Of a DNA stretch of 64,000 bases, positions 1 through 11,647 are shown in pieces; position 1 is the first letter of the stretch; every line of letters starts with the position of its first letter. Source of the stretch: Rebecca billardiae RCC1528 (Eukaryota; Protista; Haptophyta); contig OZ251246.1 of NCBI GenBank assembly GCA_965240325.2, forward strand, positions 744,001 to 808,000, written 5' to 3'. Position numbers and translations under genes: made by a program. The notes under the pieces were generated by a model. The model was given only the letters and a program-made list of their open reading frames with translations. It was not told the DNA's origin and ran no database searches.

Positions 1-137
1 CGACGACTTAATTGATAATTAGGCGGCATCTAAACACGACAGAAACTGAGTAGTGAATAAACATGATGATGACGATGCTGATTCATGTCGGCTACAGGGG
101 GCGGTTCAATGTGATATATATACTATTTTTGTAGTTA

Positions 138-250
<113 letters not shown>

Positions 251-435
251 TCTCTATTGATGGATTAGGGGTGGAATTCCCATTTCTGGCGCACTTCCGC
301 ACTGGGGAGGCGAATAAAAAGCGTCATTAAATACGCGAATAAGGAATAGACTATCAATAATGGGAATAAAGCGCACGCATCAGTGCGAAGAATGTTTTCC
401 GGGTGTATCAGCGTAGGTCAGTTATTATGCGAAGC

Positions 436-439
<4 letters not shown>

Positions 440-494
<55 letters not shown>
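440..494. repeat. (GA)n microsatellite
   Basis: Uninterrupted GA run. Confidence 0.97.
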
Positions 495-497
<3 letters not shown>

Positions 498-519
498 ACG
501 TCGTTAATATATATATATA
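495..519 (+). mobile_element. Extreme 3' remnant of CRE-type LINE with (TA)n tail
   Basis: ACCACGTCGTTAATATATA is identical to the 3' end of the LINE at about 53465-53483. Confidence 0.5.
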
Positions 520-531
520 CATAATATATAT

Positions 532-3164
532 CACAGTGCCGGAAAACTGCTCAGGGTGACGTTTTAAGTTGTCCGCACCACTAGTCGAATCATCGGACAA
601 TTCTGAAGCGGTGCGCCTAAATTCGGCGCACCATAGGCGCGTCGAATCGTGGCACAGACCTTGGTAGCAGGCCACACCTGAGCGCGCTGCGCGCGCCGAC
701 GCGCGCTCGGCGCGGGCAAAAAATCATGCGCCGTTGGCATTACGCAGCCCCGCGCAGCGCTGTGCTCGAGCTCGGCGGCGGCGAAAGCGGGCGGGCGCAC
801 ACGGCGGTGCGCGTGCGCGCTGCTCCGAGCGCAGCTGCGGCCACCCCGGCGGCATACCGCCGGTCGAGGGCACGAAAACCGATTTTTCGGGAAAATGCAG
901 AGCAGCGGCGCCCGAGCGCGCCCGAGCTCGTCGCAGCACAGTCTCCTGGTGGCTGCGCCCCGTGAAGCCACGCCACGCGGGGCGCTGGCGTGCGCGTGGC
1001 CTGCGCCCACCGTGCGCTGCCCGATCATGGCCGTCGACCGCTCCGAGCGCCTCACCACGCGTGCTCGAGCCCACCGATACTGACGCCCGAGCACGGTGCC
1101 GGCAGCGCTCGCAGGTGGGCGTCGGAGAAAACACGCCGGCCGAACGAGCTTGAAGCGTCCGCCGCGATGCCAACGGCAGCGGACGACGTGCGCGCCACCT
1201 CGGCGCCAGTCGCCCAGCCCTTGCGCGGCGGTGCGGGCTCGCTCGTTCGCCGCCATCAGCTGCGCGCGCGCAGCCCGATCACTGCCCGCTGGTTCTGTTG
1301 TCGAGCAGCTGCGGCCTGCCACGCGCACTGCCGGACATTGAGCCACAGCGCGAGCACGCGCCTCGTCTGGCACGCGCGAGCACTCAGCATCGTGCGTGGC
1401 CACCATGACGCGCCCATCTGCGCCAGCAGCGATGAGCACGCCGCCGTTCAGCTCGCATCGGGCTCGCTCGCGACGCAGCAACGCGCGGCCGTAGCGGCAG
1501 CAGCGGCGCCGTCGAGCACGCGCAGCAAACAAATATGCAGCGCGGGCGAGTCGACGGTCTGGAAAATGCGCGATCACGCCACAGCAGGCTGGCAGAGCCC
1601 GCCCGAGCTGCAGCATGCCGTAGGTGCTGCCCCAAGCTCTCGACTGCCCGTAAGCGGCGGCATGTGCGGCGGCGCCGGCGGCGGCCATGCTGCCACGCCG
1701 TTGCGCGCCGCGGGGCGCCGTCGGCACCTCCGTGGTGAAGCGCACAGAGCTCGAGCCCACGGGGGCTGGCGACCGTCAAACCGACACCCCATGACGCGGG
1801 GCTGCGTGCGCCAGCTGCGCGCACTCCGTGGGCCCACCTAGCCCGCTCGAGCAGCTCGCCTTGGGTGCGCGCAGCGGCTCGAGCACACTGGTATGGGACG
1901 CCTGCCTGCGGTGCCGCCGAGCACATGCGGCCGACGGTCACTCAGCACGGGCGACTCGACGGCGGCGAGCAGGCGCGACGGCCTCGCCGCGCCGCGGAAA
2001 AGCCTGCCCGGGCTGCAGCACGCCGTAGGAGCAGCCCAGCGCCCTCCTCCGCCCTCCAGCTTCGGCGCGCGCAGCAGGCCCGGCGGCGGCCATGCTGGCG
2101 TGCCCAAGCATGAAGATGGGCGCGGCCGGCCGCGCCGTCGCAAAGCGCGCAGAACTCGAGCTCGGGGGGGCGGACGGCCGCCAAACTGGCGCGGCAGGAC
2201 GTGGCACTGCGTGCGCCAGCTGCGCGCACCCGCTGCGCCCGCGTGGCCCGTGCGAGCGCCGCGCCTCGAGCACACGCAGCTGCTCGACACAGCCACGGCA
2301 GTGTGGCTTGTGCGCGTGCACGTGATCAGTCTCAGCTCTGAGGCGCGCGCTCAGGAGGGCTGCGGCCGGGCCGAGCGCGATCTGCGCGGACGGTACAGCC
2401 TGGCGGCTCATGCCAGCCAGCCCAAAGCCCGCTCCGCCATCCGCGTCATGGCGCTCCAGCCTCTCGCGTGCTGCGCTGCAGCCGCGCTCGGCAAAGACGT
2501 CGCCCAGCCCGCCTTGCACGCGGCTGAGCAGTGGCAGCCAGGCGAAGCGTCGTCGCGGGCGAGGCTGCGCTGGGTGATGCGGCTCGGGTCGGTGGGCAAG
2601 TCGCACCCCGCCGTCGGTCGCCTCCACGCCTCAGGCTCGCTCGAGGTCAAAGACAACTGCGCGGCGCGGCGTTTGCGCGGGCGGGCCGCGGGCGTGGCGG
2701 GGTGTACGCGTGCAATGTCACAGCCTCCCACACAATTTCAGGAGGGTGAGACGCACCGCCAGCGGCACCCGCACACAATCCCACCCTGCGCGAGCCACCT
2801 GCCGTGTCGACTGAAGCATCAGGCTCGGGCGCAACCGCGGGCGGCGCATGCAAGAAGCTCGCGAAACGCACCGCGCGCGCCGTGAGGGCGAAAGGAGAGC
2901 ACCCGTCAGGGCGGCGAGGAACTTGCCCAGCGCCACGCGGAAGACGACCCCAGCCCGCGTCGACGCATAGTCGGGCCCGCGAGCAGCCTCGTCGGTCTTC
3001 GCCGAGTAGATCGCGCCGCGAGCCGAGGCACCGCTCGTTTGAGGCTCCGTCCGCCGCGAAGTCGCGGCTTCCACCCGAGTTCCACTGTCCGGCCGAGACC
3101 GGATTCGCTGACTCGAGCTGCGGACCGTCCGAAGCGTCACGGAAAATTCCAATCCTGCACTGTG
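532..3164. mobile_element. Non-autonomous TIR DNA transposon with CACAGTG termini (Transib/CMC-like)
   Basis: Left end CACAGTGCCGGA-N12-GTGACG; right end (reverse complement) CACAGTGCAGGA-N12-GTGACG, in register. Both flanks are TA-rich. No transposase recognised. Confidence 0.65.
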
Positions 3165-3377
3165 ATAGATATATAGCTAGTGTATATATATAGCTATAGT
3201 TATTCCGATAGAGTTTCTTTTATATTCCCGGGCAGTCGTAGTAACATCAAGGCGGGCGGGCCTAGGGCTAGTCTAGAGATAGAGTGCCTAGTGGCCTACT
3301 GCGGGCTAACGAGTACGGAGAATAACGGCTACGGCCCGCCATATATATATATATTAATATATATATATCGTTATATA

Positions 3378-3434
<57 letters not shown>

Positions 3435-3462
3435 GTACTACTACTACTACTACTACTACTAC
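3378..3462. repeat. (TAC)n microsatellite
   Basis: Trinucleotide run with one interruption. Confidence 0.95.
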
Positions 3463-3605
3463 TAATAATAATAAAGTATAATCAGTGCATACGCCAGCAG
3501 ATAGTAACGGCGGCGGCGACGCGACGACGGCAGCAAGCATATATATATATAGAGAGAGAGAGATATAGATATAGATATCCCACCCGATCGCTGATGCTCG
3601 CATTG

Positions 3606-5524
3606 TCAACCCTCGTCCTCGTCGTCCTCCTCCTCCCCTGGTGCCAGGACCCCTTCGTATGGGTCTGTAGCCAGCCACGGGTGGCGCAGGCACTGCTCAG
3701 CCGTTGGCCTCGCCTCCGGGTCCAGCGTCAGGGTTGAGCCGACGAAGCTGAGGAAGAGCTGCGCTCCGAAATGTCACGAGCGTGGGCGGGCGAGTGCGTG
3801 GTCAGCGGCGCAGGACCGCGCGCGCGCGGCCAAGGCGCTCGGCGCGCGCACGCACCTCGTCGTCCACGTGCAGCCGGTGCCGCAGCGACGTCATCTTCGG
3901 GTGCAGGCAGGTGTGCATGTGCCCGCGCCCACCCGGCGCTTTGACTCGCTCGTACAGCATGCAGTCGGGCGTGAAGTGCTTGGCGGAGTGCCGGCCGCGC
4001 GCCAGCATGGACGGCGGGAACGGGCCGAGCACGCCGACCATCCGACAGAGCATCGACGTCACCGAGTCGTTCTGGAAGAGCACGTAGCTGCGAAGGCGCG
4101 TGCGAAGGCGCGTGCGAAGGGCGATCGGGCGGGCCGTCCAGTCAGCCCGGGCCGGCGGCGCGGCGGCCCGCAGCCGGCGTCCTCACGAGGCGCGCGCACG
4201 CGCGCGCGCCGCGGGCGGCCGCCGCGTCGGCGTCGGCGCGCGCTCGCTCACCCGGTCCAGAGCCCGGCGAGGATGCAGCCCAGGCTCCAGATGTCGATTC
4301 TCTGGTCGTACGGGCAGCCGAGGATGACCTCGGGCGCGCGGTACGAGCGCGACTGCACGTACGACGAGAGGTGGTCCGTCGTGAAGCACGAGGAGCCGAA
4401 GTCGATCACCTTCACCTCGCAGCGCGAGTAGGACTTGATGAGAATGTTCTCAGGCTTGAGGTCGCAGTGGATCAGCCCGAGCGAGTGGATGTACGCGAGC
4501 GCCTGCAGCACCTGCGTCGCGATCGAGCGGAGCCGGCGCAGCGTGAAGTAGCGCGCGTTCGACGACTCGCGGTTGAACTTGGACGCCTCGTACAGGTTGT
4601 CGCGCAGCAGCTCGCACACGATGAACAGGTGCTCCTGCGGGGGACGAGGGGGCGGGCGCCGCGCGAGCCCGCGGGGCGGACGGTGGGGCGGGCGGGCGGG
4701 GTGGGTGGGCGGCGCGCGCGTGCGTGGTTGGTTCTGGTTGGCTCCGGGGTCGAGGAGGGGCGGGCTGGGAGCGGGCGGCTGAGCACGCGCCCCGGCGCCA
4801 GGCCGCGCGCCTCGGCCCAGCCCAGCGCGCGCACGCGCGCGCGCCGGCGCCCAGCGAGCGTGCCGGGCCGGCGTCAGCCGCGCGCCGAGCGCGGCGCCCG
4901 GCGCGCCGCGTGCGCGCGCGGCGCGCGCCGCCCACGCCGCGCGGCGCGCGCGCGCGCGCCTTGTGGTAGAAGAAGTCGAAGAGGCGCAGCACCGGCTGCG
5001 TGTGCCCCGGGTCGTGCGTGTTGATGTACTGCAGCAGCTTGATCTCGTCGAGCGACTGGTCGAAGAAGTCCTTGTTGTTCTTGATGATCTTGATGCAGAC
5101 CATCCTGTCCTCCTCCATGTCATAGCACTGGATCGCGCGAGAGAACGCGGCCGAGCCTAGGTACTCGATGACCTGGTACCGCGCGGCGATGACGGAGTTG
5201 ATCCGCACGGGGAACTCCTTCTCCTCCTCGAAGCCCGTCTTGTCCTTGGTGTAGATCACGCGCAGCGGGAAGGAGGCGAGGCGGGGCCTGTCGCGCGCCT
5301 GCTGCTGCAACGGGTCGATGGAAGTCTCGATGCCGACGTCCACGTCGTCGTCGTCGTCCTCCTCCTCGTCGTCGTCGTCGTCCAGGCCCTCCTCGCCGCC
5401 CTCCTCCTCGTCGTCGTCGTCATACTCCTCGTCCAGCTCCTCCTCGCCCTCCTCCTCCTCGTCGTCGTCATCGAGCACGCGGGAGCGCTCGTCGCCGCCG
5501 TGCGAGCGCGAGCGCGATCGCGAG

Positions 5525-5559
<35 letters not shown>

Positions 5560-5845
5560 CCGCTCTGCCGCGGAGCGCGAGTCGTCGTCGGCACCGCTCG
5601 TGCCGCCGTCGCTGCGCGCGCGCCGTCGCGCGCCGTCGGCCGCGCCGTCGTGCGCGCGCTCGCGCGGCGGGCCACCATTCGGCAGGCCGCCGCCGCCGCC
5701 GCCGCCGCCGGATCGTGCACCGGCTCTGCTGAAGCCGCCTAGAAGCGGCCTCGCGTGCGCGTGAGGCGTGCCCGCGGCGGGCATGCGCGGCGCGTGGTCC
5801 GAGTGGTGCGCGGGCGGCGAGGCGTCGGCCGTGCTCACGTGCCGC

Positions 5846-5876
<31 letters not shown>

Positions 5877-6325
5877 TGTCCGGCCCCGCCTCAGCCGCTG
5901 CCGGCGCAGCCGCGGCGCCGGCCGCGGCCGCGGCGCCAGCCGCGCCGCTCCGCTGCTTGGCGCGCGCTGCCGCGGCGGCGCCGCCCAGGGGGTCGGCTGC
6001 GAGGCGAGCGATGAGCGTCTCCTCGTCGAGCTCCTCCTCCTCGGCCTCGCCGTTCTCGCCGAGCTCCTCCTTCGCGTCCACCATCCCGTCGGCCAGCGCG
6101 CCGTGGCCTGCCGCGCCGCGCGCCGCGCCGCCGCCACCGCCAGCGCCAGCGCCGCCCGCCGCCTTCTCCACCTCGGGCGCCGGCTGCGTCGCGGTGGCGG
6201 AGGCGGCGCTGTCGCAGCCGCGCGCGTCGGCGGAGGTGTCGCGCGCGCCTCCCGTCGACGCGGCGTACGCAGCCGTCGCCGCCGCCAGCGCGCGCTCCTC
6301 CTCGAGCAGCCCGTCGTCGTCGGCC

Positions 6326-6383
<58 letters not shown>

Positions 6384-7281
6384 TGCCAAGGCTGCCGTGC
6401 GGCCGCGGCGCGGCGTGCGCGTCGGCGTGGGCGTCGTCGTCGAGGTGCTCGAGCGAGAAGGGCTCGAGCGCGCGGCCGAACGCGCGCGCCTCCTCGATGT
6501 GCTGCGCCGCGTCGAGCAGCCCCTCGTCGTCGTCTGCGTGCACCCGCACGTACCCCAGGTCGTCGTCGTCCAGCCATTCTTCCGGCACGGCCTCGTCCGC
6601 GCGAGGCTGGTACCACTCGGGCACGGGGATGGGCGGGAGGAGGTGCGGCGGCGCGGGCGCGGGCGGGAGCGCGCGCGTCGGCGGGGGCAGCACCGCGCTC
6701 GCCAGCCCCAGCTCGTCCGCGGCTGCCCTCGCGGCCGCGGCCGCGGCCGCGCCGCCGGGCGGCGGCGCGGTCGAAGAGGACTCGGCCTCGCCGCCAGTGC
6801 CGTGCGCCGGCGGCAGCGCGACGTCGGGCGGGAGCGAGACCTCGAGCGCGTGCGGCGCGCCCGCGGGCGCGGCGTCGCTCGCCTGCCGCACGGCCGGCTG
6901 CGAGCGTGCCGAGCGCTTCGCCCGCTCTGCATCCACCCACGTGGGTAGGGGTGAGCCCGCAGCCGCGAGTGGCCCGCCGCCCGCGCTCGGCGGCGGCGTC
7001 TCGGCCTGCGCCACGCGCTCGACGATCAGGGCTGCGCGCGACGGAGGCGGCGCGTGTGGTCGCGCGGGCAAGCGCCAGCACCTCAGCCGGCGCCGCACGC
7101 GCGAGCTCGCGCGCCGCGCGAGCGCCGGGCGCGCCGGCGCGCGTCTCGCGCGCGCACCCTCGAGCTCGGATGGCTCAGCCGGATCGGCGGCGCGGTCGGC
7201 GAGCGCGCTGCGCAGGGCGTCCTCGGACAGGCCGGGCGCCCGCTTGCGCAGGTGCGCGATGATCAGCTCATCCAGGTCCAT
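3606..7281 (-). CDS. DYRKP: DYRK-family protein kinase, DYRKP/ppk15-like (5 exons)
   Basis: Motifs TGFEEEKEF, YLGSAAFSRAIQC, KIIKNNKDFFDQSLDEI, HCDLKPEN, DFGSS, SSYVQSRSYRAPE, HPW. Introns 7032-7157, 4635-4959 (GC-AG), 4088-4251 and 3759-3855 keep the frame. Long acidic, low-complexity N-terminus. Confidence 0.92.
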
Positions 7282-7518
7282 CGACGCGCCGCGCGCGCGC
7301 GAGCGCTCGCCAAGCGTGCCCAAGCTTAGGGCGGTCCGACCAGCGGCACGCAGGGCCCGCCCAGCGCGGAGGCGGGTGGGACTTTTGGCTGGCGAGGCGA
7401 GTCCGGCGGCGGCGTTTGGACTCAAACGCGGGGTCCGGCTTGGCGGGCGCGAGGCTGGCGCGGCGGTCCAAGCCCGCTGACACGTCAGCGCTCTCGCACC
7501 GCCGCCGTCTCGACCGCC
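7282..7518. promoter_or_regulatory. Putative bidirectional promoter (kinase / calreticulin)
   Basis: 237 bp between divergent ATGs; contains the near-palindrome CGCTGAC-AC-GTCAGCG at 7475-7490. Confidence 0.5.
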
Positions 7519-9598
7519 ATGCGCGGCACCGCGCGCGCATGCCTCGCCGTCGCGCTCGCCGCCGCGAGCTGCCATGCAGAGGTACGCACCGCGCGCCTCC
7601 TCCGCAGCTCGTCCGACCGGCCGCGGCGCACTCTGACGGCCGTGACGCCGTGCGCGCGCGCGCGCGCGCGCGCCGCATCAGACTTTCTTCGTGGACAAGT
7701 TTGACGACCTGTCCAAGTGGACGCCCTCCAAGGCGAAGGAGGAGATGGGCGCATTCGGCCACGGTGCGGGCAAGTGGTCCGGCGACGAGAAGGTGCAGAC
7801 GGGCATGACCACGCCCGACGACATGAAGTTCTACGCCGCGTCCGCGAAGCTCAGCAAGCCCACGACCACGCGCGGCAAGGAGCTGGTCGTGCAGTTCAGC
7901 GTGAAGCACGAGGAGCACAAGTACGCCTTCTGCGGCGGCGGGTACATCAAGCTGCTGCCCAAGTCGCTCGACCAGGAGAAGTTCTCGGGCGACTCGCCGT
8001 ACTTTGTCATGGTGTGCGCGCGCGCGCGCAGCCGCTGCGCCACACGGCGCGCGCGCCGTGCGCATGCACTCGGCTGGGCTCGCTGCGCGCGGCTGGGCTG
8101 GCGCTCGCGAGCGCGTGCGCTCGTGTCGTGCGGCACCGGCCAGCCGCGCGCACACCCCGGCGCTGCTCCAGCCTCGTCGCCCAGCCGGGCCGCGCGCGAG
8201 CTGCGGCCGCGCCCGGGCGGCCATGCTGATGCGCTGCCTGCTGCCTGCGGCCCCGCCGTGCGCGTCCGGCCGCACCGCGCGGCGCGCGTCGAGGCAGTTC
8301 GGGCCGGACATGTGCGGGTACGACACCTCGCTGATCCACCTCATCTTCAGCTACAAGGGCGACAACCTGCTCAAGACCGACAAGATTGACCTCGAGTGCG
8401 CGCCGCGCCGCGCCACATCGCGCCGCGCCGGCTGCGCTGAGCACGGCGGCGCGCGAGTGCCGTGGCCGCGCAGCAGCGCGCAGCGCGGCCCCGCGCCGGC
8501 CGCTGGCGCCGGTGCCGCCCGTCGCAGCCTGCGCTCACCCGCGCCCGACCCCGCCCGCCGCCGCCGCCGCGCGGCGCGCGCAGCTACGCCGAGAAGAACG
8601 AGTTCACACACCTGTACACACTGCACCTCTTCCCGAATGACACTTACGCCGTGTACTTCGATATGGAACCCAAAGCGAACGGCTCGCTGCTCGAGCAGTG
8701 GCCGTACCCGCAGCCGACGATGGAGGACCCGGAGGACACGAAGCCGGAGGACTGGGTGGACGAGCGCAAGATCGACGACCCCGACGACAAGAAGCCCGAC
8801 GGCTACGACGACATCCCGAAGGAGATCGCCGACCCCGAGGCGACAAAGCCGGACGACTGGGACGACGAGGACGATGGCGAGTGGGAGGCGCCGCGCATGC
8901 CCAACCCCGAGTACAAGGGCGCGTGGTCGCCCAAGCGGATCGACAACCCGGCCTACAAGGTGCGCGCGCGCGCGCGCGCGCGGAGAGGCGGGGTGCGGGC
9001 TCGGGCGGCTCGCAGCCGCGCCCGCCGATCCCGGGCGTCCGGCCGTGCCGCGCCGCGGCGTGAGGGCGAGCGCACGCGCGCGCGCGCATGCAGCTGCGCG
9101 CGGCGCGTGCGTGCGTCCGTGGCGCGCGGGGAGAGGGCTCGGCCCGCGCGCGCCTGGACACGCTGCCCGCGCGCGGCGCGCCGTGCGACCCCCGCTCACC
9201 CGCGCCCCGCCCCTTCCCGCCCGCCCCCGCCCCCGCAGGGCGAGTGGAAGCCCAGAGAGATCCCCAACCCCAAGTACGAGGCGGGGGTGCAGCTGGGCGC
9301 GTTCGACGACATCGGCGCGGTGGGCTTTGAGCTGTGGATTGTGAACAACGGCACGGTGTTCGACAACGTGGTCGTGACCGACTCGCTCGCTGAGGCGTTC
9401 AAGCTCGCCGAGGAGACGTGGAAGCCCTTCGTCGAGAAGGAGAAGGAGGCGAAGGAGGCGTGGGACAAGGAGCACCCGTCAACCGACGAGTACGCGGGCG
9501 GCGAGGAGGACGAGGACTACGAGGGCGAGGAGGAGGAGGATGCCTTCGGCGGGATGGAGGAGGGCGAGGGCGAGGGCGACGGCAAGGACGAGCTGTAA
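7519..9598 (+). CDS. CALR: Calreticulin (5 exons)
   Basis: Signal peptide, VVQFSVKHE, CGGGYIKL, MFGPDMCG, P-domain repeats (KPEDW, KPDDWD, GEWEAP, IDNPAYKGEW), acidic tail and C-terminal KDEL. Introns 7582-7681, 8012-8297, 8396-8583, 8960-9238. Confidence 0.97.
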
Positions 9599-9871
9599 GC
9601 CGGCGGTGGGCACCGCCGCACGGCCCGCCGCTTTATTGCTGCTCGCGCGTCGTAGTTGTATGGCGTCACGCATAGATGATAATGAGTCGTCCGCGTGGAT
9701 CACTCAGATCACACGAGTGCCCGTGACTGCGGCAGTTAAGTCGTCAGCATCGGGCGGGACACTGATGAACAATTAAGTGATGATCGATCGGGCTGCATCA
9801 CGGATCCTGTGACATGCTCCGAGTCATCATCCGACCAATAAGTAGATTCTTCGCAATCGCGCGCTCACGGC

Positions 9872-11647
9872 TCAGGCTGCGTCATCCTGGCACGCGCGCT
9901 GCCGCTTATTGGACACGCGCTCGTCGGCCCAGTCGACGGCCAGCATTTCAATCAGCTCCCACGCCTCGACCGGGTCGTCGCGCTTGAACGCGGCCCAGCG
10001 CTCCTGCTTCATGATCACCTTGATCTCCTCCTTTGCCAGCGCGCGCACGCCCTCCACCAGCCGAGCGCACCCTCCGGCCGCCTTGGCGTGCCGCAGCATG
10101 TCGAGGCAGTTGTCCACGTCCAGAGCAGCCAGCAGCGCGTCCTCGCACCGGCGTGCCACGCCCGCCAGCACGTTGGCCTCGGCGTGCGCGGCAGGCGCAT
10201 TCTCCGAGCCCGCAGCCGAAGGCGGCGTTGGCGGCTGCAGCTTGCTCGCCAGCCGCAGCAGCTCGAGCAGCACCGACGGCTCGGCCGGCAGCGGCGCCTC
10301 GCCAGCCGAGTGCAGCTGGCGCAGCAGCGCCTCGTGCGCCGCGCCGGAGAAGTCCGGGTCGGCCCGGACCTCGCGCTGGCCGCCCTCCGCCAGCCCGCCG
10401 CCCAGCTGCGCCTCGTAGTACTCGGAGTGCCGCGCGAGCAGCAGCCGGCTCGCGCCGAGCTCGGTGCCGTCCGCGCACCGCAGCACCACGTCGTGCTGCC
10501 GCGTGGGCTCGCCCACCGCATCGGCCAGAGCGCTCAGCTTGGCATGCAGCCGCGCGTGCGCACCGCGCAGCTCGGCCTCGCTGTGGGCGAGCTGTGCGTG
10601 CGACTCGCCTGCTGAGATGAGCAGAAGGCGGGGCACGTCCTCGCCGCCGCAGCTCAGCATGCACTCGAGCAATGTCTCCGCCTCTGACACCGCATTGCGC
10701 CCCACCTTCTCCTTAGAGCTGTGCCGAATGCGCATCAGCGCGCCGACAAGGCCAGGCGTGCTCGCAATGGATGCGCGATGCTCGGCGCTATAGTCGAAGA
10801 TGTGCAGCAGCGCTGCAGCAGCACTGGACAGTGCGTCGGACCGCTCACGCACATGGCCAGAGCCCTCCCACGTGGCCAGCAGCAGCTGCACCATGCCCGC
10901 GCAGAGGCCCCCGCCCATCAATGCCGTGTGGGACGCCGTGCTGTGAGCGAGTGAGCCTATGGCAATCGCTGCCCCGAGCTGCGCGCGCGCGTTGTCAGCC
11001 CCCAGTACCGACACGAGCGGCGGGATGGCATCGGCCAGAGCGCTCTCGTCACGCAGGCGGGGCGTGCTGGCGAAGTAGCCGATGGCATGTGCTGCATCCC
11101 CTTGCACCAGCCCGCTTGCAGAGCGGAGCAGCGGGATGATATGTGAGATGCTGACGCCCGCCTCTTCGATCTCATCTGCTTGATCAGTCCAGGCAATGTA
11201 CCCGAGCAGATGTGCTGCCCGGGCTTGCACGCACTCCTCGGCCGAGCCCAGCAGCGATACCAGCCGCCGGATGGCGTCACAGGCGATGAGCGCATGGAAC
11301 ACAATAGCATGGAACACAATAGCATCGGGATCAAGCAGAGCGAAGATGGCCGTCAACGCAGCCAGCTGAACGTCAGCAGTGCGCTCAGGCGCGAGGAGCT
11401 GCACCAGCGCCGGCCAAGCCTGCGATTCGACGATCGCCTCCGACACGTTTGCCTCGTCGCCATCGTGCTCGTCCCGATCGATGCAGAACGGGACGAGCGC
11501 CGCGATCCTCGCCTCGGTGCCCGGAGGCTGGGCGCGCAGCGCGCTGAGGAGCGCCTCCACCGCCTCGAGGCCGACCGGCTTGTAAGGGAGCTTCGACGCG
11601 CGCGCGTTTGCCTCGGTGAGCAGCGCCTCCGCAGCGCTTGGACGCAT
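9872..11647 (-). CDS. Armadillo-repeat + BTB/POZ protein, copy A (intronless)
   Basis: ARM-like repeats (AIRRLVSLL...AAHLLGYIA, AIPPLVSVL) followed by BTB (HDVVLRC...LLARHSEYYEAQL...RCEDALL...LDVDNC). Confidence 0.8.
   Translation of the reverse strand: MRPSAAEALLTEANARASKLPYKPVGLEAVEALLSALRAQPPGTEARIAALVPFCIDRDEHDGDEANVSEAIVESQAWPALVQLLAPERTADVQLAALTAIFALLDPDAIVFHAIVFHALIACDAIRRLVSLLGSAEECVQARAAHLLGYIAWTDQADEIEEAGVSISHIIPLLRSASGLVQGDAAHAIGYFASTPRLRDESALADAIPPLVSVLGADNARAQLGAAIAIGSLAHSTASHTALMGGGLCAGMVQLLLATWEGSGHVRERSDALSSAAAALLHIFDYSAEHRASIASTPGLVGALMRIRHSSKEKVGRNAVSEAETLLECMLSCGGEDVPRLLLISAGESHAQLAHSEAELRGAHARLHAKLSALADAVGEPTRQHDVVLRCADGTELGASRLLLARHSEYYEAQLGGGLAEGGQREVRADPDFSGAAHEALLRQLHSAGEAPLPAEPSVLLELLRLASKLQPPTPPSAAGSENAPAAHAEANVLAGVARRCEDALLAALDVDNCLDMLRHAKAAGGCARLVEGVRALAKEEIKVIMKQERWAAFKRDDPVEAWELIEMLAVDWADERVSNKRQRACQDDAA

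Noticed and set aside
266-440. TAGGGGTG hAT-like end as a complete element
   Set aside because: No matching second TIR or TSD in the window.
532-570. True 12/23 RSS or RAG-like locus
   Set aside because: No nonamer at 12 or 23 nt spacing at either end; no RAG1/Transib ORF visible.
564-2885. ORFs inside the CACAGTG element as a transposase
   Set aside because: No DDE, Zn-finger or HTH motifs recognised in any frame.
4450-7575. 1041-aa ORF as a single-exon protein
   Set aside because: It reads through stop-free introns and the promoter; the spliced model restores the kinase motifs.
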